64,000 bases of DNA from an uncultured Veillonellaceae bacterium (lineage in GTDB: Bacteria; Bacillota; Negativicutes; JARBTT01): the NCBI GenBank assembly GCA_963805085.1, contig CAWDTA010000005.1, positions 512,001 to 576,000 on the forward strand, given 5' to 3'. A program made the translations under genes and the position numbers. The notes below the pieces were generated by a model, which saw only the letters and a program-made list of their open reading frames with translations, was not told where the DNA came from and searched no databases. Positions 42,459-52,079 of this stretch are shown piece by piece; position 1 is the first letter of the stretch, and each line of letters begins with the position of its first letter.

Positions 42459-43226
42459 ATGGACGAAATCATAAGAGACATTTCGGAAATTGATTATACA
42501 GCGAGAATAACTATTGACAATCCTATGGATAAAGAAAGCTGTATTAGGCTAAAAAAGACGACCAATGCAAGAATTTGCGTAGGTAGAGCAGGAGAGAGGT
42601 TCAAAACAGAAACTTTGTTGAAATTTAGAGCGGATCATGCAATCGCTATGGATGCTGTTTGGTCTTATGTAGATGAAAGTATGATTGATCAGCTTGGCTT
42701 TTTTAAGGTGCAGACTTTAGTTGAAGATAAAGAAGAATATATCAGAAGACCAGATTTAGGAAGGGGATTTTCTAAGGAAACCATAGGCCGTATTAAAGAA
42801 AGCTGTATCCATCATCCAGATGTGCAAATCATTGCTGCGGATGGTCTCAGTTCTTGCGCGATCAATGCCAATTTGCCTGATATTTATCCAATGATGGTAG
42901 AGGGATTGCTTACTAAAGGATATACGATAGGGACGCCGATTTTTGTTAAATACAGCAGGGTTGCAACTATGGATAAAATAAGTGAAGCCTTAGATGCAAA
43001 AGTGACCATTATATTGATTGGTGAAAGACCTGGATTGGCAACTGGTGAAAGTATGAGTTCTTATATGGCATACGAATCTAGCACGACAAAGCCAGAATCA
43101 CAAAGAACTGTTGTATCCAATATTCATAAAAATGGGATACCAGCGGTTGAAGCTGGCGCGCAGATTGTAAATTTAGTTGAAGTGCTGATGAGAGAGAAAA
43201 AAAGTGGGGTGGAATTAAAAATATAA
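42459..43226 (+). CDS. eutC: Ethanolamine ammonia-lyase small subunit (short form)
   Basis: ARICVGRAG, RPDLGR, DGLSS, IGERPGL, VSNIH. Confidence 0.95.
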   Translation: MDEIIRDISEIDYTARITIDNPMDKESCIRLKKTTNARICVGRAGERFKTETLLKFRADHAIAMDAVWSYVDESMIDQLGFFKVQTLVEDKEEYIRRPDLGRGFSKETIGRIKESCIHHPDVQIIAADGLSSCAINANLPDIYPMMVEGLLTKGYTIGTPIFVKYSRVATMDKISEALDAKVTIILIGERPGLATGESMSSYMAYESSTTKPESQRTVVSNIHKNGIPAVEAGAQIVNLVEVLMREKKSGVELKI

Positions 43227-43256
43227 TTTTAAATTCCGGCAAGAGGAGGTCAAAAC

Positions 43257-44285
43257 ATGGATTTTTCACAGAAAGTAAATCAAGTAATTGATGATATGGC
43301 GAAACCGCGTAATAGTTTAGGTTTATTGGAAAAATATATAAAAAAAGTTTTTTGGGGTTGGGAAAGTTTTTATCAGGAAATAAAACCTTTTCATCTTATT
43401 TTTGCAGCAGACAATGGAGTCGCAAAGGAAGCCGTTGTAAAACAATCACAAGAAATTACGTATTTACAGGCAAAAAATATGATAAATGGGCATGCAACGA
43501 TTAGTTGCTTTTGTGCAATTAACCAAATACCTTATAAAGTCATTGATGTAGGTGTGAATCATACGGATGCGGTAGGTATTGATTATAAAGCGGGAATGGG
43601 CACTCAGAATTTTTTGCATGCAGAGGCAATGCATCAACAAGAATTTTTAAAGGCTTTTAAAGCCGGAAAAGATATGGTGGCGCAAGCAAAAACAGAAGGT
43701 TATAATCTGATTTCTTTTGGTGAAATGGGGATCGGTAATACGACTACTTCTGCCGCTGTTTTGCATGCATTGACGGATATTTGCCCAGAGTTCATTGTAG
43801 GCTACGGTGCGAATCAACAAAATCCAGAAGTGATAAAACGCAAACGTGAGGTCGTTCGTGCCGGAGTGGAATTGCATCGTTCAAAGATGCATAGCGTTGA
43901 AGAAATTTTACGATGCGTAGGCGGTTTTGATATCGTGGCAATTTATGCGGGAATGTTAGAATGCGCGAGACAAAAGATTCCTTTTGTCATTGATGGGTTT
44001 ATTACAGCTGTAGCCTATGCTTGCGCTGTACGTATGGATGCTACAATAGAAGGTTATGCCATTCCATCTCATATATCGAGAGAACCAGGGATGGAGTATG
44101 CCTTAGCTTTAGGAAATATAGAAGCTAAGGATGTTCCTATTCGTGCGGACATGGCTTTGGGCGAAGGAACAGGAGCAATCTTTATGGTTGTCATGCTCAG
44201 AACGATGATGTATGCAGTTCAAAATGTAAGTAAAATGTCAGACTTTGATCAAAGAATAGCAGCCGGAAATTTAGAGACTTTATAA
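43257..44285 (+). CDS. cobT: Nicotinate-nucleotide:lower-ligand phosphoribosyltransferase
   Basis: AKP..SLG.LE, FAADNGV, GEMGIGNTT, IDGFI, LGEGTGA. Confidence 0.93.
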   Translation: MDFSQKVNQVIDDMAKPRNSLGLLEKYIKKVFWGWESFYQEIKPFHLIFAADNGVAKEAVVKQSQEITYLQAKNMINGHATISCFCAINQIPYKVIDVGVNHTDAVGIDYKAGMGTQNFLHAEAMHQQEFLKAFKAGKDMVAQAKTEGYNLISFGEMGIGNTTTSAAVLHALTDICPEFIVGYGANQQNPEVIKRKREVVRAGVELHRSKMHSVEEILRCVGGFDIVAIYAGMLECARQKIPFVIDGFITAVAYACAVRMDATIEGYAIPSHISREPGMEYALALGNIEAKDVPIRADMALGEGTGAIFMVVMLRTMMYAVQNVSKMSDFDQRIAAGNLETL

Positions 44286-44306
44286 AAAAATCATAGGTGA
44301 ATTTAG

Positions 44307-45086
44307 ATGAAATTATTATTACTGATGATTCAGTTTTTTACGCGGATACCCATTTCTATTCGAATGGAGGTGGAGGTTAACGAAAAAATATTTGGCAAGG
44401 CAATTATATGTTTACCGATTGTTGGACTCATCATCGGGAGCATAAATGTTGCTTTTTATAGCAGCTTATTGTTCTTTTTTTCAAGCCCCATTGCTGGCGT
44501 TCTAGTTGTTCTTGGTAATGCTTGTCTAACAGGTGCGTTTCATGTAGATGGACTTGCGGATACTTGTGATGGTATTTTTTCTGGCCGTAATAGAGAACGT
44601 GTTTTAGAAATCATGAAGGATAGTTGTATCGGCACCAATGGTGCATGCGCGATCGCTTTTGATTTTATGATTAGGGCAGCTTGCTTAGCTACTCTTAGTG
44701 AAAGTCATGTTATGCTTGCCATCATCGTAGCACCAATTATTTCACGTACGATGATAACGATCTTGATGCGTTCAACGTATGCAAGAGTAAATAAAGGCTT
44801 GGGGAGCCTTTTTATCGATAATGTAACGAAGAAAAATGTTTTGCTGACATTCTTGATTGGTAGTTTACTGGTGATGTCAGGTATGTTTTTTGCCGCTAAT
44901 GATAAAGGACTTTTACTAGGAATGATGCTAATGGTATTTAATCTAGTTATCATTTTTGGTTATAAAAAAATGATACTAACGGAAATTGGTGGGATGACTG
45001 GTGATACGTTAGGCGCAGGAAATGAAATTTGCGAAGTAGCAGTAGTATTGATGTTTGTAAGTCTGGAAAAGTTGGCGGTTTTATGA
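44307..45086 (+). CDS. cobS: Cobalamin 5'-phosphate synthase
   Basis: FFTRIP, TGAFHVDGLADTCDG, IMKDS, GGMTGDTLGA. Confidence 0.95.
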   Translation: MKLLLLMIQFFTRIPISIRMEVEVNEKIFGKAIICLPIVGLIIGSINVAFYSSLLFFFSSPIAGVLVVLGNACLTGAFHVDGLADTCDGIFSGRNRERVLEIMKDSCIGTNGACAIAFDFMIRAACLATLSESHVMLAIIVAPIISRTMITILMRSTYARVNKGLGSLFIDNVTKKNVLLTFLIGSLLVMSGMFFAANDKGLLLGMMLMVFNLVIIFGYKKMILTEIGGMTGDTLGAGNEICEVAVVLMFVSLEKLAVL

Positions 45087-45634
45087 CTACGATTTATATG
45101 GTAAGACATGGGGAAACAGACTTAAACAAACAAAAAGTTTATTTCGGTTGGAGCGATGTCGCATTGAATGCGGATGGCGTAGGGCAATGTCAGGAACTGA
45201 AGAAAAAGCTAGACGGGATTCACTTTGATGCAGTGGTTACAAGTCCGTTGAAAAGGACACTGCTTTCAGCTGAGATTATTCATGGGATGTTAGATGATCT
45301 TGTTATCTGTGAAGAATTAAAAGAGTTAAATTTTGGTGAATGGGAAGGCCTTCATTATACAGAAATTGAAAGAAATTATAAGGATCAATGGGAGCTGTGG
45401 AGTGCAGATTGGGTTAATTTTTGTATTCCCAAGGGAGAAAGTTTTGTTTTGTTATATCAGCGAGTGGAATCTTGCTTTTTAAAATTATTAGATAGATATC
45501 GTAATCAAGCTATTTTGATTGTTGGCCACGCTGGGGTGTTGAAAATTATTAGTTTGATAATACTGAATTTACCACTTGCAGAGTATTGGAATAGTTCTTT
45601 TGATTTTGGGACTTATACAGTTTTTGAAGTTTAA
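45083..45634 (+). CDS. cobC: Alpha-ribazole phosphatase (histidine phosphatase)
   Basis: VRHGET, ELNFGEWEG, PKGES, VGHAG; ATG 45083 overlaps the cobS stop. Confidence 0.88.
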   Translation: MTTIYMVRHGETDLNKQKVYFGWSDVALNADGVGQCQELKKKLDGIHFDAVVTSPLKRTLLSAEIIHGMLDDLVICEELKELNFGEWEGLHYTEIERNYKDQWELWSADWVNFCIPKGESFVLLYQRVESCFLKLLDRYRNQAILIVGHAGVLKIISLIILNLPLAEYWNSSFDFGTYTVFEV

Positions 45635-45770
45635 TATAAGGGGATAGCCGTTTAAAAATATTGTGATTTTGTAGTATAAAAATGCGATTATTGACGAAAA
45701 TTGTTGACATTGCGCTGTTTCAGGACTATCATATTTACATTGTTGCAATCATTTTAAAAGAGGTGTATCT

Positions 45771-46157
45771 ATTATAAATATATTACTGCAAATAGGCGTT
45801 GTATTTTTACTTGTAACTGCTTCTGATTTTATATCTCATAGCATAGTATTCCCGCTACCTGTAAGTATCGTTGGAATTCTTATTTTGCTTGGATTGCTGT
45901 TAACAAAGATTATAAAAATAAAACACATTGAGGAGATAGCAAATTTCTTCTTGAAAAATATGGGGTTTTTCTTTGTTGCGGCAGGTGTTTCTATCTTAGG
46001 AAAGTATCAATTGATTGCAAATATTTTAGTTCAATTTGCCTTGATTGTCCTCGTTACAACTTTGCTAACCTTTGCTGTCACAGGATTGTCGGTAAAGTAT
46101 GCAATTGTTTTGCAAAATAAATTAAGAAAGAATGATAAAAATGACAGAAATATTTGA
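45771..46157 (+). CDS. CidA/LrgA holin-like protein, apparently with a non-canonical start
   Basis: Homologous frame extends upstream of the ORF-track start: (I)INILLQIGVVFLL...PLPVSIVGILIL; GAGGTG RBS followed only by ATT/ATA. Confidence 0.8.
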   Translation: MINILLQIGVVFLLVTASDFISHSIVFPLPVSIVGILILLGLLLTKIIKIKHIEEIANFFLKNMGFFFVAAGVSILGKYQLIANILVQFALIVLVTTLLTFAVTGLSVKYAIVLQNKLRKNDKNDRNI

Positions 46158-46818
46158 TAATCCGATTACGATGATTGCTTTATGTATTTTAGCGTATCAA
46201 ATGGGTTTGTTTATTCATCGTAAAAGTAAAATTCAGGTATTGAATCCACTTTTTATTGCGATTACTTTAATTATTGTGGTTTTACAGACATTTCATATTT
46301 CTTTAGAAACATTTAATAAGGGCGGTTCTATTATCAATATGTTACTATGCCCAGCGACAATTATGCTGGCGATTCCGATGTACAATCAGCGGGCGACAAT
46401 CAGGAAAAATATTGTGCCAATTGCGGTAGGTACTATTGTAGGGTCGATTGTGAGCATGTCAAGTATTTATGGGCTTTGTAAATTGGCGGGTATTAGTGAT
46501 CAAATCGCGATGTCAATGCTGCCAAAGTCCACAACGACGCCAATCGCTATTGAGATTTCCAATACGCTGGGCGGAATTCCAGCGTTAACAGTCGCGGCGG
46601 TGATTATGACGGGGATTTTAGGAAGTATCTTGATTCCGTCGTTGATTAAAATTCTCCGTATCGATAATAGTGTGGCTGCGGGGATCGCAATTGGGACGGC
46701 GACTCATGCATTAGGCAGTGCCAAGGCTGTTGAAATTGGTGAAACGGAAGCGGCTTTATCGGGGATTGCTGTTGGGGTCGCGGGAATGGTTTCGGTTGTG
46801 CTGGTAATGTTTATTTAA
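46132..46818 (+). CDS. lrgB: LrgB family protein
   Basis: LNPL, PATIMLAIPMY, PKSTTTPIA, HALGSA. Confidence 0.92.
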   Translation: MIKMTEIFDNPITMIALCILAYQMGLFIHRKSKIQVLNPLFIAITLIIVVLQTFHISLETFNKGGSIINMLLCPATIMLAIPMYNQRATIRKNIVPIAVGTIVGSIVSMSSIYGLCKLAGISDQIAMSMLPKSTTTPIAIEISNTLGGIPALTVAAVIMTGILGSILIPSLIKILRIDNSVAAGIAIGTATHALGSAKAVEIGETEAALSGIAVGVAGMVSVVLVMFI

Positions 46819-46836
46819 TTTTTATGTCTAAACTCC

Positions 46837-46876
46837 AAAATGGGCTACTTGCATTTTTGCAAGTAGCCCATTTTTT
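46837..46876. terminator. Bidirectional terminator
   Basis: aaaatgggctacttgc/gcaagtagcccatttt between convergent genes. Confidence 0.85.
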
Positions 46877-48212
46877 ATGATGCGATATTTTCTTCGGATG
46901 GTAATTTTGTTACTAGTATTTTATCGACACGAACGCGATCCATATCGACGATTTCGAACTTGAAACCATTCCAGATGAAGTTTTCTGCTGCAACGGGAAT
47001 GTAGTCGAGATATGAGGTGATGAAGCCGCCCATGGTTTGATAATGGTCGCGATCTTCATCTGGTAGTTCATCTAGGTCAAAATGATCTTTGAAATCATCA
47101 ATTGGTAAGAGTCCATCGACGAGCCAAGAATTGTCATCACGCTTAATAATTTGTAATGGTTCAGGGTCTTCGCTGAGTGAAATATCACCCAAGACTTCAG
47201 AAACAATATCTTTCATTGTGATAAACCCGATAACACCACCAAATTCATCAAGGACGATTGCTTGGTGATTACCGGATTCTTGGAAGTTTTCGAGTACTTT
47301 GAAGGATGGCATAGATTTAGGAATGAACATGGGGGTATGGATGCATTTTTCTAAATCGATAGGTTCACCGGTAAGCGCCATTTTTAATAGGTCTTTGGTA
47401 TAAAGAATTCCCACGAATTCATCTAAACTGTCTTTTGCTACAGGAAAGATGGTGTCAGGATTTTCATTGATTATGGCTAAGTTTTCTTCTAATGACTCTT
47501 CTAAATCTAGCCAGACCATTTGTGTCCGCGGGGTCATTAAGGCATAGGCTTTTTGATCGCTTAACCGGAAAATTTTATCGACCATGTCTTGCTCGGTTTT
47601 TTCAAATGTACCTTCTTCCGTACCTTGTTCAATTAATGTACGAACTTCATCTTCGGTAACGGTAGTTTCCTTGTTGGGATTAATACCGATAAACAACAGT
47701 GTAAAGTTTGTAGAAAATGATAGAAAAGAAACGAAGGGCTGGGTTAATTTTTCTAAGAAATTGAGTGATATTGCCAATTTACTCAAAATAGATTCTGGTT
47801 CGTTAATCGCAATTTTTTTCGGTACTAGTTCACCGATGACTAAGGTTAAATAAGTGATACTGATCACGATGATTAACAAGGCTACCATATCCGCATAGGT
47901 TGCAAAGTATGGTACTTTCTTTAAATAGAAGCCTAAGACCGGTGCGAGTTTTTCTCCAGCCAACGTTCCAATTAAGATGCCCATAAGTGTAATGCCAATT
48001 TGCATAGCGGATAGTACACGGGTTGGTTCATCAACAATGTCTAAGGCGAACCTTGCTCCAGTATCTCCTGTATCGGCCAATTTTTCCAATTTGTTTTTCC
48101 GTGATTCAGTGACCGACATTTCAGTCAAGACGAAAAGCCCGTTTGCGATAATGAGTAGGAATATAATAGCAATCTCTAGACTCACTGACGGGGTGTCCAA
48201 TGTAAGCCCCAC
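46875..48212 (-). CDS. HlyC/CorC (CNNM-CBS-CorC) family transporter
   Basis: NGLFVLTEM, QIGIT, GELVPK, MTPR, DEFGG, CorC_HlyC tail; start may be TTG 48200. Confidence 0.92.
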   Translation of the reverse strand: MGLTLDTPSVSLEIAIIFLLIIANGLFVLTEMSVTESRKNKLEKLADTGDTGARFALDIVDEPTRVLSAMQIGITLMGILIGTLAGEKLAPVLGFYLKKVPYFATYADMVALLIIVISITYLTLVIGELVPKKIAINEPESILSKLAISLNFLEKLTQPFVSFLSFSTNFTLLFIGINPNKETTVTEDEVRTLIEQGTEEGTFEKTEQDMVDKIFRLSDQKAYALMTPRTQMVWLDLEESLEENLAIINENPDTIFPVAKDSLDEFVGILYTKDLLKMALTGEPIDLEKCIHTPMFIPKSMPSFKVLENFQESGNHQAIVLDEFGGVIGFITMKDIVSEVLGDISLSEDPEPLQIIKRDDNSWLVDGLLPIDDFKDHFDLDELPDEDRDHYQTMGGFITSYLDYIPVAAENFIWNGFKFEIVDMDRVRVDKILVTKLPSEENIAS

Positions 48213-48401
48213 ACTCCTTTTATATAATTTAGTAAATTTTGAAAGATTATACTTACATTATATCACAGTTTGAAATGATACTAAAAAGCTCAATTTAGAG
48301 GGAAAACGAGCAAATAAGTCTCATTTTGGGTAAATACATGAATATACTAGATGTAGCGTATTGCGAGATTGGGGCGCTATGGCTAGTGATGATTGTTGGC
48401 G

Positions 48402-49622
48402 TTATTGCCAAATTCCTGTGTGGGGATTATAGTTGCAATTGTTTGGTGCAGCATACCAATCTCTGTTTTTATCATTGTTTTGCACTAGGGGACGACAGTC
48501 GCCACAAGCGTAGCGATATTCGCAGTCTTTACATTTTTTTATTGTGTCTTTGGTCGTATACCAACAGGTTAATAATTGCTGACTATTTAAAATTTCTTCG
48601 AGTGGTGTAGTGGAAATGTTGCCATAATGAATATTGCGTGCAAAAATGCAGGGTAAGACATCTCCTGCATCAGTGATAGCAATTTTACCAGCTAAGCAAG
48701 GATGGAAATATTTAGCATGATAAAATTCTAGCTCATTAGTAAAAAAAGGTGGTTTAATGGTTGGTTTTTGATAATGGCTAGGTAGTAATGATGCGTCGTC
48801 ACCACGTCCAGTTGGACGAATGACATCGGGTGGTGTAACCTCGACACCAAGGCTTTTACAAAGTTCCATGATATTTTCTGCTTCATCTTCGTTTTGCTTC
48901 ATAATAATAGAAGCAATGCGGAGGGGAATTTTTTTTGCGAGAATTTTTTTTATGGCACACATTGTTTTTTCGAAACTGCCATTATGCTGTGTGATGGTAT
49001 CATGCAGAGCCGCACTAGATGCGTAAATGGTTGTTGCGATATGGAGATGATGCTCTATGAAAAATTTGATCATTTCATCATCAATACAAGTTGCGTTGGT
49101 AAATAGTTCAATCAAATCAAAGTTTTCTTCTTCGGCTTTTAAGACAATATCACGCCAGTTTGGGTAGAGAAGTGGTTCACCGCCGATGAGCTGAAGCGCG
49201 CTGCAGCCTGCTTTGCGAAGCTCAGTGACAATTGTAAGCCAACGTGAAAGAGGGATTATTTCGTCTTGTGTCGGTTCGTTGGTGCTGCTGGTATAACAAT
49301 GTAAGCAGCGATTATTGCAACGAGAGGTGATTTCAAGCCAAGCAAATTCGAGAATTGGTTTTGGTGGGGATAATGTATTTATCTGAGCTGGTGCTGGGGT
49401 AAAATAGAGACTACCTAGGCTCTTTCTTGTTAGTTCATCACAAAAATTTTTTATTGCAATTGTTTCTTCATTCGTTAATGTGGCATCGTTCTCCTGGATT
49501 GTATTGATTAAATTTAAAGCACTTTTGTTGATCGAATATACTTTGCCGTCTTTTAAATTATAAATGGCACTACGAATTGCACCGGTGACGATTTTGCAAT
49601 GTTCATGAAGTTTGTAATACAA
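48402..49622 (-). CDS. Radical SAM/SPASM domain protein, probable peptide maturase
   Basis: CNNRCLHC, GGEP, FTNAT; SPASM C...GDVLPC...CKDCEYRYACGDCR...C; AAGGAGG RBS before TTG. Confidence 0.88.
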   Translation of the reverse strand: MYYKLHEHCKIVTGAIRSAIYNLKDGKVYSINKSALNLINTIQENDATLTNEETIAIKNFCDELTRKSLGSLYFTPAPAQINTLSPPKPILEFAWLEITSRCNNRCLHCYTSSTNEPTQDEIIPLSRWLTIVTELRKAGCSALQLIGGEPLLYPNWRDIVLKAEEENFDLIELFTNATCIDDEMIKFFIEHHLHIATTIYASSAALHDTITQHNGSFEKTMCAIKKILAKKIPLRIASIIMKQNEDEAENIMELCKSLGVEVTPPDVIRPTGRGDDASLLPSHYQKPTIKPPFFTNELEFYHAKYFHPCLAGKIAITDAGDVLPCIFARNIHYGNISTTPLEEILNSQQLLTCWYTTKDTIKKCKDCEYRYACGDCRPLVQNNDKNRDWYAAPNNCNYNPHTGIWQ

Positions 49623-49672
49623 AAGATTACCTCCTTGTATGAGAAATCAAGATAGAGGGTATAATAGTAAAT

Positions 49673-49700
49673 ATTCTATGCTGCCAAAGTATGAAAAGTG
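49673..49700 (-). promoter_or_regulatory. SigK-like promoter
   Basis: Minus strand cAC-N17-CATAgaaT, upstream of the rSAM RBS. Confidence 0.4.
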
Positions 49701-49839
49701 CTACATTCAAAGAGAAAAGTACGACTAGAATTTGTTTATATTTCAGTATGCGTGATTTTTTATAAAAAATAGAATTTTTTTGCGAATTGTTGACAAAGTA
49801 TAAAAACTAGGATATAATTACTAATGTTTTAAAGGCCAT

Positions 49840-49914
49840 GCGGAAATAGCTCAGCGGTAGAGCATCGCCTTGCCAAGGCGGGGGTCGCGAGTTCGAATCT
49901 CGTTTTCCGCTCCA
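49840..49914 (+). tRNA. tRNA-Gly(GCC)
   Basis: gcggaaa/tttccgc acceptor stem, GCC anticodon, GTTCGAATC, CCA; TTGACA-N17-TATAAT upstream and terminator at 49925-49952. Confidence 0.97.
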
Positions 49915-50138
49915 CTAAAAATTTAACCTAGCAAATTTTGCTAGGTTTTTTTGTGCATTTTACCGATTTTGTGTATAATAGATAAGTAAGCAGAATACTT
50001 GTTTTTAAATGATAATTATGGTATTATGCATTGTATGGCGTATTAGACTTTTGGTTAAATTTAGGTAATTGAGATAAGTTTAATGGTAAGCCACAAAATT
50101 TAAATTTATTGTATGAAAAACAGGAGGTCACAGTATAA

Positions 50139-51425
50139 ATGAAAGTTACTGCGGAAAGAATAGACAATCATCAAGTTGTTTTAGAATTGGAAGTACCACA
50201 AGTAGAGATTGGTAAAGCGATTGAAAAGGCTTACACTAAACTTGCTAATAAAATAAATATCCCTGGTTTCCGTAAAGGAAAAGCTCCACGTAAAGTGATT
50301 GAAAACCGTATTGGTAAACAAGCAATTTTAGATGAAGCATTTGATATTGTCGCTCCAAAAGCTTACAGCCAAGCTCTAACAGAACAAAATCTTGAACCAG
50401 TGGGCAATCCTAAAATTGATGTTGTCGTTTTAGAAGAAGATAAAGATTTAGTATTCAAAGCAACAATTACAGCAAAGCCTGAAATCACTCTTGGTGATTA
50501 CAAAGGTTTAAAAGTTGAAAAAACTGCTGTAGAAGTTACTGATGAACAAGTTGACGCGCAAGTGAATAAAATGCTAGAAAACGCTGCTAAAATGGTAATT
50601 GTTGAAGGGGCTGAAATCCAAGATGGCGATTTCGCAGTAATCGACTTTGAAGGTTTCGTAGATGGCGTTGCATTTGAAGGTGGCGAAGGCAAAGGTTATC
50701 CGTTGCAAATCGGTTCCGGTAGCTTTATTCCAGGCTTTGAAGAACAATTAATTGGTGCAAAAGCTGGTGAAGAACGTGAAGTAAACGTATCGTTCCCAGA
50801 AGAATATCATGCTCCAAACCTTGCTGGTAAAGCATCAGTATTTAAAGTAAAAGTAAATGATGTTAAACGTAAAGAACTTCCAGCGTTAAATGATGAATTT
50901 GTGAAAGAAACAAGCGCATTTAACACTGTTGATGAATTAAAAGAAGACATCAAGAATAAATTAGAAACAACTGCAAAACAAAAAGCTGAAAACGATATGC
51001 GTTCCGCTGCTATTAAATTAGCAAGTGATAATGCGACTGTTGATATTCCAGAAGTAATGGTCGAAAATCGTATTGGTCATATGATTGAAGAGTTAAGCAT
51101 TAGCTTACAAAATCAAGGCCTTAAATTAGAACAGTACTTAGAATATGCTAAGCTTGATATGGCTAAACTTCGTGAAAACTATCGTGAAACAGCTATTATT
51201 AATGTGAAAACTGATTTAATGCTTGAAGCGGTTTCGAAAGCTGAGGAAGTAAAAGTGGAAGCATCTGATATCCAAGGTGAAATCGAACTTATGGCAAAAT
51301 CTTATGGAGCTACAGCTGGGCAAGTTCAAAAAATTATTCAAGAACAAGGTCGCATTGGCGATTTAGTAGCAACTATTCAACGTAAAAAAGCTGCCAAAGT
51401 AATTGTTGATAGTATTACTGAATAG
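50139..51425 (+). CDS. tig: Trigger factor
   Basis: IPGFRKGKAP; FKBP domain FIPGFEEQL, FPEEYHA. Confidence 0.97.
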   Translation: MKVTAERIDNHQVVLELEVPQVEIGKAIEKAYTKLANKINIPGFRKGKAPRKVIENRIGKQAILDEAFDIVAPKAYSQALTEQNLEPVGNPKIDVVVLEEDKDLVFKATITAKPEITLGDYKGLKVEKTAVEVTDEQVDAQVNKMLENAAKMVIVEGAEIQDGDFAVIDFEGFVDGVAFEGGEGKGYPLQIGSGSFIPGFEEQLIGAKAGEEREVNVSFPEEYHAPNLAGKASVFKVKVNDVKRKELPALNDEFVKETSAFNTVDELKEDIKNKLETTAKQKAENDMRSAAIKLASDNATVDIPEVMVENRIGHMIEELSISLQNQGLKLEQYLEYAKLDMAKLRENYRETAIINVKTDLMLEAVSKAEEVKVEASDIQGEIELMAKSYGATAGQVQKIIQEQGRIGDLVATIQRKKAAKVIVDSITE

Positions 51426-51459
51426 TCATTGTGGTTAAATTTATAACCGGGGTGAGTTT

Positions 51460-52067
51460 ATGAATTATGTACCTATGGTAGTAGAACAGTCTAATCGCGG
51501 CGAACGCGCTTATGATATCTATTCCCGCTTATTAAAAGATCGTATCGTATTTATTGGTGGCCCAATTGATGATAATGTTGCAAATGTTGTTATTGCACAA
51601 TTGTTATTCTTAGAATCAGAAGATCCAGATAAAGATATACATTTATACATTAATAGCCCAGGGGGTGTAGTAACAGCTGGTCTTGCTATTTATGATACTA
51701 TGCAATACATAAAACCAGATGTTTCAACAATTTGCCTAGGGCAAGCAGCCAGTATGGGAGCATTGTTGTTAACAGCAGGTGCAAAGGGAAAACGATATGC
51801 ACTTCCATATGCTCGACATTATGATTCACCAGCCGTTAGGTGGGGCACAAGGACAGGCTACGGATATCCAGATTCAAGCCAAAGAAATACTCACGTTTAC
51901 GTGAAATTGGCAATGATATTTTAGTGAGCCACACTGGGCAACCACGTGAAAGAGTGCAAGCGGATACGGAGCGCGATTATTTCATGTCTAGTGAGCAAGC
52001 TAAAGAGTATGGTCTTATTGACGAAGTCATTACTCGTCCAGCTGATAAGACTGATAGCCCTAAATAG
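51460..52067 (+). CDS. clpP: Clp protease proteolytic subunit, two +1 frameshifts (likely sequence error)
   Basis: [21 protein letters not shown]; removing A at 51816 and 51893 restores [10 protein letters not shown]...EILRLRE. Confidence 0.92.
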
Positions 52068-52079
52068 AGAGGTGATAAC

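Noticed and set aside
43226-43257. Cobalamin riboswitch ahead of cobT
   Set aside because: Gap is only 30 nt; no B12-box seen here or in the eut leaders
35490-45634. eut-cob block as an island integrated at tRNA-Leu
   Set aside because: No integrase, and no duplicated tRNA 3' end seen at the far side
48213-48401. Possible rSAM precursor peptide in the downstream gap (upstream gap 49623-49790 also read)
   Set aside because: No ORF with a credible RBS on the minus strand; 48326-48610 is an antisense overlap
48402-49622. rSAM as AhbC/AhbD/NirJ partner of ahbAB
   Set aside because: 9 kb away on the other strand; has an N-terminal extension and C-terminus of peptide-maturase type rather than the Ahb pattern
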